Shown piece by piece: positions 1-9,354 of a stretch of DNA of 36,834 nucleotides (position 1 is its first letter; each line of letters starts with the position of its first letter). The notes below the pieces were generated by a model. That model searched no databases and had not been told where the DNA came from. It saw nothing but the letters and a program-made list of their open reading frames with translations. The position numbers and the translations under genes are program-made. Origin of the DNA: Gemmatimonadales bacterium (GTDB lineage Bacteria > Gemmatimonadota > Gemmatimonadetes > Gemmatimonadales > GWC2-71-9); NCBI GenBank assembly GCA_050732955.1, contig JBOHRY010000387.1:1-36834 (forward strand), read 5' to 3'.

Positions 1-1
1 G

Positions 2-1201
<1,200 letters not shown>

Positions 1202-1272
1202 CGCGCCGCCGCGCGTCAGTCTCCTGAGCGCCGCCGCAATCAGCAGCGGCGCGAAGGATCTCCAGCCATCAG

Positions 1273-1305
1273 AAGCGCGTCCCGACCGGGGCGCGCTTTT
1301 GCTTT
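1273..1305 (+). terminator. Rho-independent terminator downstream of groEL
   Basis: GC-rich hairpin AAGCGCGTCCCG-AC-CGGGGCGCGCTT (one T:G wobble) is followed directly by TTTTGCTTT, about 70 nt after the groEL stop. Confidence 0.7.
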
Positions 1306-1318
1306 GCCGCCTGACGTA

Positions 1319-1336
1319 TTATACTAAATAGTATAA
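1319..1336. promoter_or_regulatory. Perfect AT-rich palindrome TTATACTA-AA-TAGTATAA; putative PadR operator overlapping -10-like hexamers
   Basis: The 8-bp arms are exact reverse complements with a 2-bp spacer. This is the only strongly AT-rich patch in a GC-rich region. It lies 22 nt upstream of the padR TTG start and contains TATACT and TATAAC -10-like hexamers. Confidence 0.55.
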
Positions 1337-1357
1337 CAACTCTTCCGGGGAGATCGC

Positions 1358-1687
1358 TTGCGACCCCATCATTTCTACATCCTCATGTCCCTCGCCGGCC
1401 GCGATCGGCACGGCTCGGCCATCATGCGCGACGTCCTCGATCTCACCGGCGGGGACGTGAGGCTCTGGCCCGTGACGCTGTACGGCTCGCTCGACGAACT
1501 GATCGACGAGGGGCTGCTCCGCGAAGTCGCCGCATCCGCCGAAGACGCTGCCGAAGGCCCGGGGGGCCACAAACGCTGGTTTCGCATCACCGCGGCCGGC
1601 AAGCGCGTCCTCGCGCACGAGCTGAAGTCGATGGGCGAATTGGTGCGCCGTGGCGAACGTCGTCTTTCCGCGCGCGAAGCCACATGA
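1358..1687 (+). CDS. PadR family transcriptional regulator (winged helix)
   Basis: 109 aa. Shows the PadR-like pattern FYILMSLAGRDRHGSAIMRDVLDLTGGDVRLWPVTLYGSLDELIDEGLL...RWFRITAAGKRVL. TTG start with GGGGAGA upstream. The next ATG would remove the first helix. Confidence 0.85.
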   Translation: MRPHHFYILMSLAGRDRHGSAIMRDVLDLTGGDVRLWPVTLYGSLDELIDEGLLREVAASAEDAAEGPGGHKRWFRITAAGKRVLAHELKSMGELVRRGERRLSAREAT

Positions 1688-1714
1688 GCACAGCGCGTCG
1701 GTGAGGTTCTCCTG

Positions 1715-4369
1715 ATGGTGATCGCGATCTACCGGCGGCTGGTGAGGTTGCTGCCGCACCGGGTGCGCGAGGCGTACGGCGCCGAGATCCTCCTTCTCTT
1801 CACCGAAGAGGTGAGCGCGGCGCGACGCATGAGCTGGCGCTCCGCGTGGCGTGTCGCGGCCCTTGGAGTGCTCGATCTCCTGCTCAGGCTCCCGCGCGAA
1901 CATTGGCGCGCTGCTGGTGCATTCTCCACCGAGGAAGCGATGCAATCATTCTGGTACGACCTGCGGCCAACCTGCAGGACGCTGCTGCACCAGCGCGGCT
2001 CCGCGGCGATGATCCTGACGACACTGACGTTGGCGGTGGCGTGCAACGCCTCCGTCTTCACCCTCCTCGACGGCGTCTTCCTGCGGCCGTTTCCGTTCCG
2101 CGATCCAGGTCGCCTCGTCTATCTCAACGAACAGGCGCCCAAATGGAATCTCGAATTCACCGGGATCAACTATCCGGACTTCGCCATCTGGCGCACCAGT
2201 ACGCGCCGGTTCGCATCGATGTCGGCGTATGTCACCAACGACTTCAACGTTGCCCTCCCCGGGGGCGCCGAGCGGGACGCCGGCGCGCTGGTGTCATGGG
2301 CCCTGGCGCGAACCCTCGGCGTGAAGCCGGTCCTCGGCCGAACGTTTCGCGCCGACGAAGATCGCCCCAACGGCCCCAACGTGGTGATGATCAGTTATCG
2401 CTTCTGGAAGTCGCGATTCCTCGGTGCCAGGGACGTGGTCGGTCGAACGCTGCAGTTGGACGGCACTCCGTTTACCGTCGTCGGCGTTCTTCCCGATAAG
2501 GTCGAGTTTCCCGGCGACGTGCAACTCTGGACCCCGCTCGATGCCGATCCCTCGGCGGCGACCGGGCCGTCGTACGAGTACGACGGCATTGGACGGCTCA
2601 AGCCTGGCGTGACGATCGCGGCAGCTCGTGCAGATCTTCTTGCCGCACACGAAGCAATCTGGCGTGCGTCGGATACTGCGCACGTTGTTTCGCCGCGGAT
2701 CATGCCGCTCCGCGAGCGCTTTGATGGCGATTTCCAGAGCACCGGACGGATCCTCGCCCTGAGCGCCGCCATCGTGCTGCTGGTTGCCTGCGCCAACATC
2801 GCCGCAGCCATGCTGGTTCGCGCCACGAGCCGCCGGCGTGAGCTCGCGGTGCGAGTTGCCCTTGGCGCAAGCGGCAATCGGATTGCGCGACAGATTCTGA
2901 CCGAATCGCTGCTCTTTGCCGCCGTGGCCGGCGTCGCGGGCGCGATCCTTGGCTGGTGGGGCATCCGGGCGCTGGCGTTGGGATCGTCCGGTGTGCCGGC
3001 GGGGGTGCGCCTGGATTTTGACTGGCGCATGACGGTGTTCTGTGCCGCGACGATGGGTCTCGTGACGCTCCTCTTCGGCACCGCACCGGCGCTCGACGCG
3101 CGCCGGGAAGGGCTCCTCGGTGCGGTTTCTCTTCGCGACCGCAGCGGATCGACGTCGGTCCGTGAGCGGCGCGTACTCGATATCCTCGTTGTCGCCGAGA
3201 TCGCGCTGGCAACGGTACTGCTCGTGGGCGGAGGGCTTCTGGTGCGGGCGTTCCGGCACGTGCAGGCCGAAGATCCGGGGTTCCGTGTGAGTGGGGCGCT
3301 GCAGTTTTCTCTTTCGCTCCCACAGACGACCTATCCGACCTCCGTATCTCAGGGTCAGTTCTACCAACGGGTGATCGATGGACTCAACGCCACTCCCGGT
3401 GTGACGTCAGGCGCGGCGATCACCTGCCCGCCGCTCGGTTGCCACTGGGGAAGGTTCTACAACGCCGAAGGTGCAACGCGCGCGCCGGGGAGCGACGACC
3501 CGGTCGTGCTCATGCGACTGGCATCGGCTCAGTACTTCGGCACCATGGGAGTCCGATTCGTCGAGGGGCGATGGTGGACTGCGGGCGAGGCGCGTCCGGA
3601 GGGCACCGAAACTCCAGTGGTGGTCAACGAGGAATTCGTCCAGGCACAATGGCCCGGAGCGACCAGCGCCGTCGGTCGTCGGATCTCCGAGCGCGCCAAG
3701 GGCAGTCCGTGGATGACGATCATCGGCGTGGTACACGACGCCCGGCACTACGGGCTTGATCAACCGATGCGTCCAGGCATCTACCTGCCGATGTCGTGGA
3801 TCGATTCCCACGGTGGTGAAGTAGTGTCCGGCTACATGACGTTCGTCGCGCACACCAATGGCGATCCGCGTGCGCTCTACTCCGATGTGCGAGCGCTTAT
3901 CAGGCGGCTTGACCCAACCCTGCCGGTGATCCGGCTCGAGACGATGCGCGACGCGGTCGACGCCTCGCTGCAGCAGCGACGCTCGACGATGCTGGTGCTG
4001 AGTGCGTTCGCATCGATTGCGCTCGCCCTGGCGGTGGGCGGAGTGTACGCCGTGCTCTCATACATCGTGGGCCGGAGACGCCGCGAGATCGGGATCCGGA
4101 TGGCTCTGGGTGCATTGGGGCGGCAGATGGTGGGCATGGTGATCCTCCGCGCCGCGGTCCTGATCGGCATCGGTCTCGCGATCGGACTCCCGTTGGCGTT
4201 TGCCGTGGCGCGAGTCCTCGGCTCGCTGCTGACCGGTGTATCGGCGGTCGATGGAGCGAGCTATCTCGCCGCGGTGCTCCTGCTCGTTGTCACCGGCATC
4301 GCCGCCGCCATCGCGCCGGCGATCCGGGCCGCGGCCGTCGATCCCAGGTCCGCGCTCTCCGAACCATGA
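1715..4369 (+). CDS. ADOP-type duplicated ABC-transporter permease (two MacB-like periplasmic core plus FtsX domains, N-terminal permease prefix domain)
   Basis: 884 aa. N-terminal prefix motif (YRRLVRLLPHRVREAYGAEILLLF). Two repeats, each a TM helix, a large periplasmic domain and an FtsX-like 3-TM bundle (RRRELAVRVALGAS... and RRREIGIRMALGAL...). Starts 27 nt after padR, the usual PadR pairing for this family. Confidence 0.85.
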   Translation: MVIAIYRRLVRLLPHRVREAYGAEILLLFTEEVSAARRMSWRSAWRVAALGVLDLLLRLPREHWRAAGAFSTEEAMQSFWYDLRPTCRTLLHQRGSAAMILTTLTLAVACNASVFTLLDGVFLRPFPFRDPGRLVYLNEQAPKWNLEFTGINYPDFAIWRTSTRRFASMSAYVTNDFNVALPGGAERDAGALVSWALARTLGVKPVLGRTFRADEDRPNGPNVVMISYRFWKSRFLGARDVVGRTLQLDGTPFTVVGVLPDKVEFPGDVQLWTPLDADPSAATGPSYEYDGIGRLKPGVTIAAARADLLAAHEAIWRASDTAHVVSPRIMPLRERFDGDFQSTGRILALSAAIVLLVACANIAAAMLVRATSRRRELAVRVALGASGNRIARQILTESLLFAAVAGVAGAILGWWGIRALALGSSGVPAGVRLDFDWRMTVFCAATMGLVTLLFGTAPALDARREGLLGAVSLRDRSGSTSVRERRVLDILVVAEIALATVLLVGGGLLVRAFRHVQAEDPGFRVSGALQFSLSLPQTTYPTSVSQGQFYQRVIDGLNATPGVTSGAAITCPPLGCHWGRFYNAEGATRAPGSDDPVVLMRLASAQYFGTMGVRFVEGRWWTAGEARPEGTETPVVVNEEFVQAQWPGATSAVGRRISERAKGSPWMTIIGVVHDARHYGLDQPMRPGIYLPMSWIDSHGGEVVSGYMTFVAHTNGDPRALYSDVRALIRRLDPTLPVIRLETMRDAVDASLQQRRSTMLVLSAFASIALALAVGGVYAVLSYIVGRRRREIGIRMALGALGRQMVGMVILRAAVLIGIGLAIGLPLAFAVARVLGSLLTGVSAVDGASYLAAVLLLVVTGIAAAIAPAIRAAAVDPRSALSEP

Positions 4370-4382
4370 CGCGGGGGACGGC

Positions 4383-4853
4383 CTAGAATATCACGTTGAA
4401 CTTTCCGCTCGTCACCGTGGCGGTGCCGGTCGCTCCCGTACCCTGAACCGCGGCGCCGGTAAAGCTGAAGGTTCCCGACGCCCCGGACGCATCGAGCGTC
4501 GTGAAGGTGATGCTTCCGGTCCCGCCATTGAAGCCGGTCTCCCATTGCTGTGCCGACGTTTCGCTCATCGTCTCGAATTCGGCGATGCCGACCGAAGGCG
4601 ACGCGAACGAATAGGTACCGGGGCCATTGGCATGGACGGTGAGCAGGATTTCCTGCGTCTTGGCGGCGTTGAACTCGGAGATGTTGACGACGCCTGCCAG
4701 TCGCGTCGCGATCCCGCTGGTATTCCCGAGAAATGCCGAGCCGTTCACTGTCGCCGTCATCGGTGCCTGATCGGGATTGCCGGTCGAATTCGAATCGCTG
4801 CCACAACCCGCCAGCAGCCCGGTCAGGGCGAGCAGCGTGATCCACCGCGTCAT
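4383..4853 (-). CDS. Small lipoprotein of unknown function (Gly/Thr/Ser-rich, probably a beta-sandwich)
   Basis: Internal ATG at 4853 gives MTRWITLLALTGLLAGC with a lipobox (LAGC), preceded by GGAG. The longer ORF to 5129 has an Arg-rich, non-protein-like extension that overlaps the divergent peptidase gene. Confidence 0.7.
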   Translation of the reverse strand: MTRWITLLALTGLLAGCGSDSNSTGNPDQAPMTATVNGSAFLGNTSGIATRLAGVVNISEFNAAKTQEILLTVHANGPGTYSFASPSVGIAEFETMSETSAQQWETGFNGGTGSITFTTLDASGASGTFSFTGAAVQGTGATGTATVTSGKFNVIF

Positions 4854-4989
4854 CGTTCGCTCCGTGAATGCGTTCGGGCCAAGCTTACGCCGCGCATGCC
4901 GTTTCGCCAAGTTGCCGCGCGCCTCAAGTTTCGCCCCCGACCCTGACATGCTTTCTTTCCCGATCGCATCCACCCCAGGAGTCCGGCCC

Positions 4990-6678
4990 ATGGCGTCGCT
5001 CACTCGGATCCTTCTGTCTTGCACCGTTGTGGTGACCGCCTGCGGCGCCCCGAAGACCGGACCGTCTCCTGACCAGGTGACCGCCGCCCAAGCCGCCATC
5101 ACCGCACCCGGTATCCTGACCGACATCAAGGCTCTCTCCGACGATTCGATGCTCGGGCGTGCGCCGGGCGGGCCGGCCGAGCCGAAGGTGATCGACTATA
5201 TCACCAGCCGATACAAGGCGATCGGTCTCCAGCCCGGCAATCCCGATGGCAGCTGGACTCAGGGCGTCGAGCTCCTTGGCTTTACCGCGCAGCCCACGGC
5301 GTCGTTCAATGTTCACGGGAAGACCATCCCGCTCGTCAATCACAAGGATTATGTGGCGTACTCCTATCGTCCCGTCGACACCGTCAACGTCGTCAATTCG
5401 GATATCGTGTTCGTCGGCTACGGCGTCGTAGCACCGGAGTACGGCTGGGACGACTACAAGGGAGTCGATGTCCGCGGCAAGACCATCGTGATGTTGATCA
5501 ACGATCCGCCGGTGCCCGATCCCCGGGACAGCACGCAACTCGACACCACCGTCTTCCGCGGGAAGGCGATGACCTATTATGGCCGCTGGACCTACAAGTA
5601 CGAGATCGCGACCCAGAAGGGCGCCGCTGCTGCCATCATCGTGCACCAGACCGCTCCCGCGGCGTATGGCTGGGACGTGGTGGACCACAGCAATTCCCAT
5701 GAAAACATGGATGTCAAGCACGCCGACAACAACAAGAATCGTGTCGCCGTCCAGTCGTGGATCACGTACGACAAAGCCAAGGAACTGTTCAAGGCATCAG
5801 GACAGGACTTCGACGCGCTGGAGCGCAGCGCACGCCGCAAGGATTTCCATCCGGTGGACCTCGGCGCGACGGCGACATTTCACCTCAGGAACACGGTGCG
5901 CGAGGTGCATTCCCACAACATCATTGCGAAGCTCGAGGGGAGTGATCCGAAGCTCAAGGACCAGTACGTCATCTATACGGCGCACTGGGATCATCTCGGC
6001 ATCGTCGAGCCGATCAAGGGCGATTCGATCGCCAATGGCGCGATTGACAACGCATCGGGAGTGGCCGGAATGCTGGCGGTGGCCAGGGCGTATCAGCAAC
6101 TCGCCACCAGGCCTCGGCGGTCGATCCTCTTCATCGCCGTGACCGCCGAAGAGAAGGGCCTCCTCGGTTCGCGATTCTATGCGGAGAACCCCCTCTATCC
6201 GCTGAACGAGACGCTGGCCGACTTCAACATCGACGGCGTCAATCAGTGGGGGAAGACTACCGACGTCACCGTGATCGGCAAGGGCGCATCCACGCTGGAG
6301 GACGTCCTCGACAGCGTCGCGACGAGCGAACACCGGACCCTCACCCCCGATCCGGAATCGGACAAGGGCTTCTACTATCGCGCCGATCACTTCGAGTTCG
6401 CCAAGAAGGGCGTCCCCGCGATGTTTCTCGACAACGGCGTCCACTACATCGGCAAGCCCGATGATTACAGCAAGACCAAGCGGGATGAGTACACCAACAA
6501 CGACTACCACAACGTCACCGACGAAGTGAAACCGGACTGGGACCTGAGTGGCGCGGTGGACGACCTGGGGATGCTCTTTCAGACTGGTGTGCGTGTGGCC
6601 GACAGCGATACCTGGCCCACCTGGAAGCCCGGCAACGAATTCAAGGCGATTCGCGACAAGATGCTCGCGGGACATTGA
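4990..6678 (+). CDS. M28 family metallopeptidase (aminopeptidase) with PA domain; probable lipoprotein
   Basis: ATG at 4990 is preceded by AGGAG. Signal/lipobox is MASLTRILLSCTVVVTAC. M28 zinc-site motifs are present: YTAHWDHLG, NGAIDNASGVA, AVTAEEKGLLGS, NIDGV. Confidence 0.85.
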   Translation: MASLTRILLSCTVVVTACGAPKTGPSPDQVTAAQAAITAPGILTDIKALSDDSMLGRAPGGPAEPKVIDYITSRYKAIGLQPGNPDGSWTQGVELLGFTAQPTASFNVHGKTIPLVNHKDYVAYSYRPVDTVNVVNSDIVFVGYGVVAPEYGWDDYKGVDVRGKTIVMLINDPPVPDPRDSTQLDTTVFRGKAMTYYGRWTYKYEIATQKGAAAAIIVHQTAPAAYGWDVVDHSNSHENMDVKHADNNKNRVAVQSWITYDKAKELFKASGQDFDALERSARRKDFHPVDLGATATFHLRNTVREVHSHNIIAKLEGSDPKLKDQYVIYTAHWDHLGIVEPIKGDSIANGAIDNASGVAGMLAVARAYQQLATRPRRSILFIAVTAEEKGLLGSRFYAENPLYPLNETLADFNIDGVNQWGKTTDVTVIGKGASTLEDVLDSVATSEHRTLTPDPESDKGFYYRADHFEFAKKGVPAMFLDNGVHYIGKPDDYSKTKRDEYTNNDYHNVTDEVKPDWDLSGAVDDLGMLFQTGVRVADSDTWPTWKPGNEFKAIRDKMLAGH

Positions 6679-6801
6679 CGCCTGACAGCCGACCTCGCTG
6701 AACCTGCGCCGACGGCACGGCCGTCCGCATGGGCTACGATCCGCGAGGCGATTCGCGGATCGCACCAGGATTTCACCGAGGGCAGCATCGGCCGCGCGGT
6801 A

Positions 6802-8103
6802 GTGCTCCTCGCCATTCCGATGGTGCTCGAAATGGTGATGGAGAGCGTGTTCGCCGTGACGGACATGTTCTTCGTTTCGCGCCTCGGCGCCGACTCGGTC
6901 GCCGCCGTCGGCCTCACCGAGTCAGTGCTGTCGCTGGTGTACGCGATCGCGATGGGGTTGTCGATGGGCGTCACGGCGGTCGTGGCACGGCGCATCGGCG
7001 AACGCCAGCATGATGCAGCGTCGCACGGTGCCGCGCAGGGCATCCTCCTCGGCGCTTTGATCGCCGCCGCTCTCGGCATCGCCGGTGTCCTGCTTGCGCC
7101 TGACTTGTTGCGGGTCATGGGCGCGTCGCCGGGGGTGATCGCTACCGGTAGCGGGTACACGCGCGTGATTCTGGGCGGCGAGGTCAGCGTCGTGCTCCTG
7201 TTCATCCTCAACGGCGCTTTTCGCGGTGCCGGCGATCCGAGCATCGCCATGCGCGTGCTCTGGATCGCCAACTCCATCAACATCGTCCTGGGTCCGTGTC
7301 TGATTTTCGGCGTCGGGCCGTTTCCACGGATGGGTGTCACGGGAGCCGCTGTCGCGACCACCATCGGGCGGGGGACCGGCGCGCTGCTGGCGTTTGCCGC
7401 GATGGTACGACCCGGTGGTCGCCTTCGCGTGCAGTTGCGCCAGTTTCTCCCCGATCCGCGATTGATTCGCCAGCTCGTTGGTCTCGGCGCATCGGCGTCA
7501 TTGCAGTTCCTGGTCGGCACCGCGAGCTGGATCGGCCTGACGCGACTGCTGGCAACCTTCGGCAGTGAAGCCGTCGCCGGATACACGGTGGCACTCCGGC
7601 TGGTGATCTTCGCGATCCTGCCGGCATGGGGTTTGTCGAACGCCGCCGCGACGATGGTGGGGCAGGGGCTCGGGGCGCGCAAACCCGACCGCGCGGAGCA
7701 AGCAGTGTGGACGGCGTGCCGTTACAACCTGGCATTCCTCGGACTGCTCGGCGTCATCTTTCTGCTCGCGGCACCGTGGCTGGCGGCGCGCTTCGGACAC
7801 GACCCCGTGATGACCGGATACGCCGTGCGATGCCTGCGCATCATCGCGGCAGGGTTCCCGCTCTACGCCCTTGGCATGGTGCTGACGCAGGCATTCAATG
7901 GTGCGGGCGATACCTGGACACCGACGTGGCTCAACTTCCTGGTCTTCTGGTGCTGGGAAATTCCGCTGGCCTGGCTGCTGGCCAAGCCGCTCGGCGTGGG
8001 CAGCGATGGCGCTTTCATCGCCATCGCCGTGGCATTCTCCACGCTCGCGGGTGCAGCGGCGCTGGTGTTCCGGCGCGGGAGCTGGAAGTTGCAGCGGGTG
8101 TAA
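6802..8103 (+). CDS. MATE family efflux transporter. The coordinate given is the first canonical (GTG) start; the real N-terminus probably lies about 75-120 nt upstream
   Basis: 12-TM-like hydrophobic protein with the MATE N-terminal signature (LAIPMVLEMVMESVFAVTDMFFVSRLG...VGLTES). The in-frame upstream sequence encodes the family-typical WATIREAIRGSHQDFTEGSIGRAVVLL but contains no ATG/GTG/TTG (see findings). Confidence 0.85.
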   Translation: MLLAIPMVLEMVMESVFAVTDMFFVSRLGADSVAAVGLTESVLSLVYAIAMGLSMGVTAVVARRIGERQHDAASHGAAQGILLGALIAAALGIAGVLLAPDLLRVMGASPGVIATGSGYTRVILGGEVSVVLLFILNGAFRGAGDPSIAMRVLWIANSINIVLGPCLIFGVGPFPRMGVTGAAVATTIGRGTGALLAFAAMVRPGGRLRVQLRQFLPDPRLIRQLVGLGASASLQFLVGTASWIGLTRLLATFGSEAVAGYTVALRLVIFAILPAWGLSNAAATMVGQGLGARKPDRAEQAVWTACRYNLAFLGLLGVIFLLAAPWLAARFGHDPVMTGYAVRCLRIIAAGFPLYALGMVLTQAFNGAGDTWTPTWLNFLVFWCWEIPLAWLLAKPLGVGSDGAFIAIAVAFSTLAGAAALVFRRGSWKLQRV

Positions 8104-8157
8104 CCGGTGGCCTCGCTATCTTTTCAGCATGACACGTTCCGGACCTGGAGGCGCCGC

Positions 8158-8526
8158 GTGAAGCGAGAGGTTGCAGTGTTGCTGATGGCCGGCGGAAGCG
8201 CGCTAGGACTGAGCCAGAAGGGCGTGGACATTGCCGGTACCTGGCGGGTGGACGCGGGGACGGACACGAAAAACGGCCCGCGCGAGGTGATCATCCGGCC
8301 CGACTCGTCGGCGTCATGGGGAAAGGAAACGGTGCGTTGGCGGCTCAAGAACGACCGGATTTCCATCGTGCTTGGTGGCGAATGGGAGACCTACAAGATC
8401 CACGCGACGCCTGCCGCCCTGACGTTGTCCGGCGGCGATTTGCAGAAGCCAGTCACGCTCAGGAAAGCTGGCCCTCCGACACCGCGCCCGCCCAACGTCA
8501 AGATTCCGGATGATCCCGATCACTGA
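8158..8526 (+). CDS. Hypothetical small secreted protein
   Basis: GTG at 8158 sits 6 nt after GGAGG. A short hydrophobic N-terminus (VKREVAVLLMAGGSALGL) is followed by GTWRVD...WRLKNDRISIVLGGEWETYKI and a Pro-rich tail. The ORF could also start at 8107. No family recognised. Confidence 0.5.
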   Translation: MKREVAVLLMAGGSALGLSQKGVDIAGTWRVDAGTDTKNGPREVIIRPDSSASWGKETVRWRLKNDRISIVLGGEWETYKIHATPAALTLSGGDLQKPVTLRKAGPPTPRPPNVKIPDDPDH

Positions 8527-8532
8527 GCGCCG

Positions 8533-9339
8533 CTAGAAGAGCGAGACCTGGCGTGGACCGGCGAGTGGAATCGCCGCCATCGGTCCATTCTGTTCAGCCA
8601 GGACCAGCGAGCCGCGGAAGCCGCAGCCGCCAAGTGTCTCGCTGACGATTTGACGCGCCACCACGTGACTGTTGCAGCGCTGACTCAGGTGCGCCAGCAC
8701 GATGGTGTGAAGATCCTCGTGGTGCAACTCGCCCAGGAGTCGCGCGGCGTCGAAATTGGAGAGATGCCCGCCGGGGCCGGCGATGCGCTGTTGCACCGAC
8801 GCCGGATACCTGCTGGTGCGCAGCAGCGTTTCGTCGTGGTTGGCCTCGAGGATCAGGCAGTGTCGGTCCCGCAGGAACCAGCGCACGGCCTGGGTCGGTC
8901 GGCCCAGGTCGTATGCCACACCAATCGACACACCGCCAGGCGCGGACACGCCGACGGCGATCGGCTCGGCGGCGTCGTGCGACGTGGGACACGCGCTCAC
9001 CGCAAACGGCCCCAGGGTGACCGTGACCGCCGTTCCGAGCGGGATGAAATCGCAGGGCTCGTCGCTTCGGCGCACCGCCTGCCAGGTGCCGAGAGAGGCG
9101 AGCAACGGCAGGTCGTGGCGTCCAGCGAGGCGCGTGGCGCCCGACGCGTGATCGCTGTGTTCATGGGTCAGCGCGATGCCGATTAGCAGGCCGGGATCGA
9201 CGCCGGCGAGTGCCAGTCGGCGCTCTATTTCCCGGACCGAGAATCCGGCGTCGATCAGGAGCACGCCATCATCGGCGCAGAGCGCGAAGCAATTGCCCTT
9301 TGAGCCTGAGCCGAGGACGATCAGCTGCATCGCAGCCAC
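8533..9339 (-). CDS. MBL-fold metallo-hydrolase
   Basis: 268 aa. N-terminal beta-strand pattern LIVLGSGSKGN...LLIDAG and the canonical HxHxDH motif (LTHEHSDHASG). Last gene of a four-gene minus-strand cluster. Confidence 0.85.
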   Translation of the reverse strand: MAAMQLIVLGSGSKGNCFALCADDGVLLIDAGFSVREIERRLALAGVDPGLLIGIALTHEHSDHASGATRLAGRHDLPLLASLGTWQAVRRSDEPCDFIPLGTAVTVTLGPFAVSACPTSHDAAEPIAVGVSAPGGVSIGVAYDLGRPTQAVRWFLRDRHCLILEANHDETLLRTSRYPASVQQRIAGPGGHLSNFDAARLLGELHHEDLHTIVLAHLSQRCNSHVVARQIVSETLGGCGFRGSLVLAEQNGPMAAIPLAGPRQVSLF

Positions 9340-9354
9340 CGGAGAGTGAAGGCG

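Noticed and set aside
6676-6682. The M28 peptidase and the MATE transporter are in the same frame, separated by a single TGA, which could allow stop-codon read-through or a selenocysteine fusion.
   Set aside because: A secreted peptidase fused to a 12-TM exporter has no precedent or rationale, and no SECIS-like hairpin follows the TGA. The shared frame is most simply coincidental. The real question here is only the start codon of the MATE gene.
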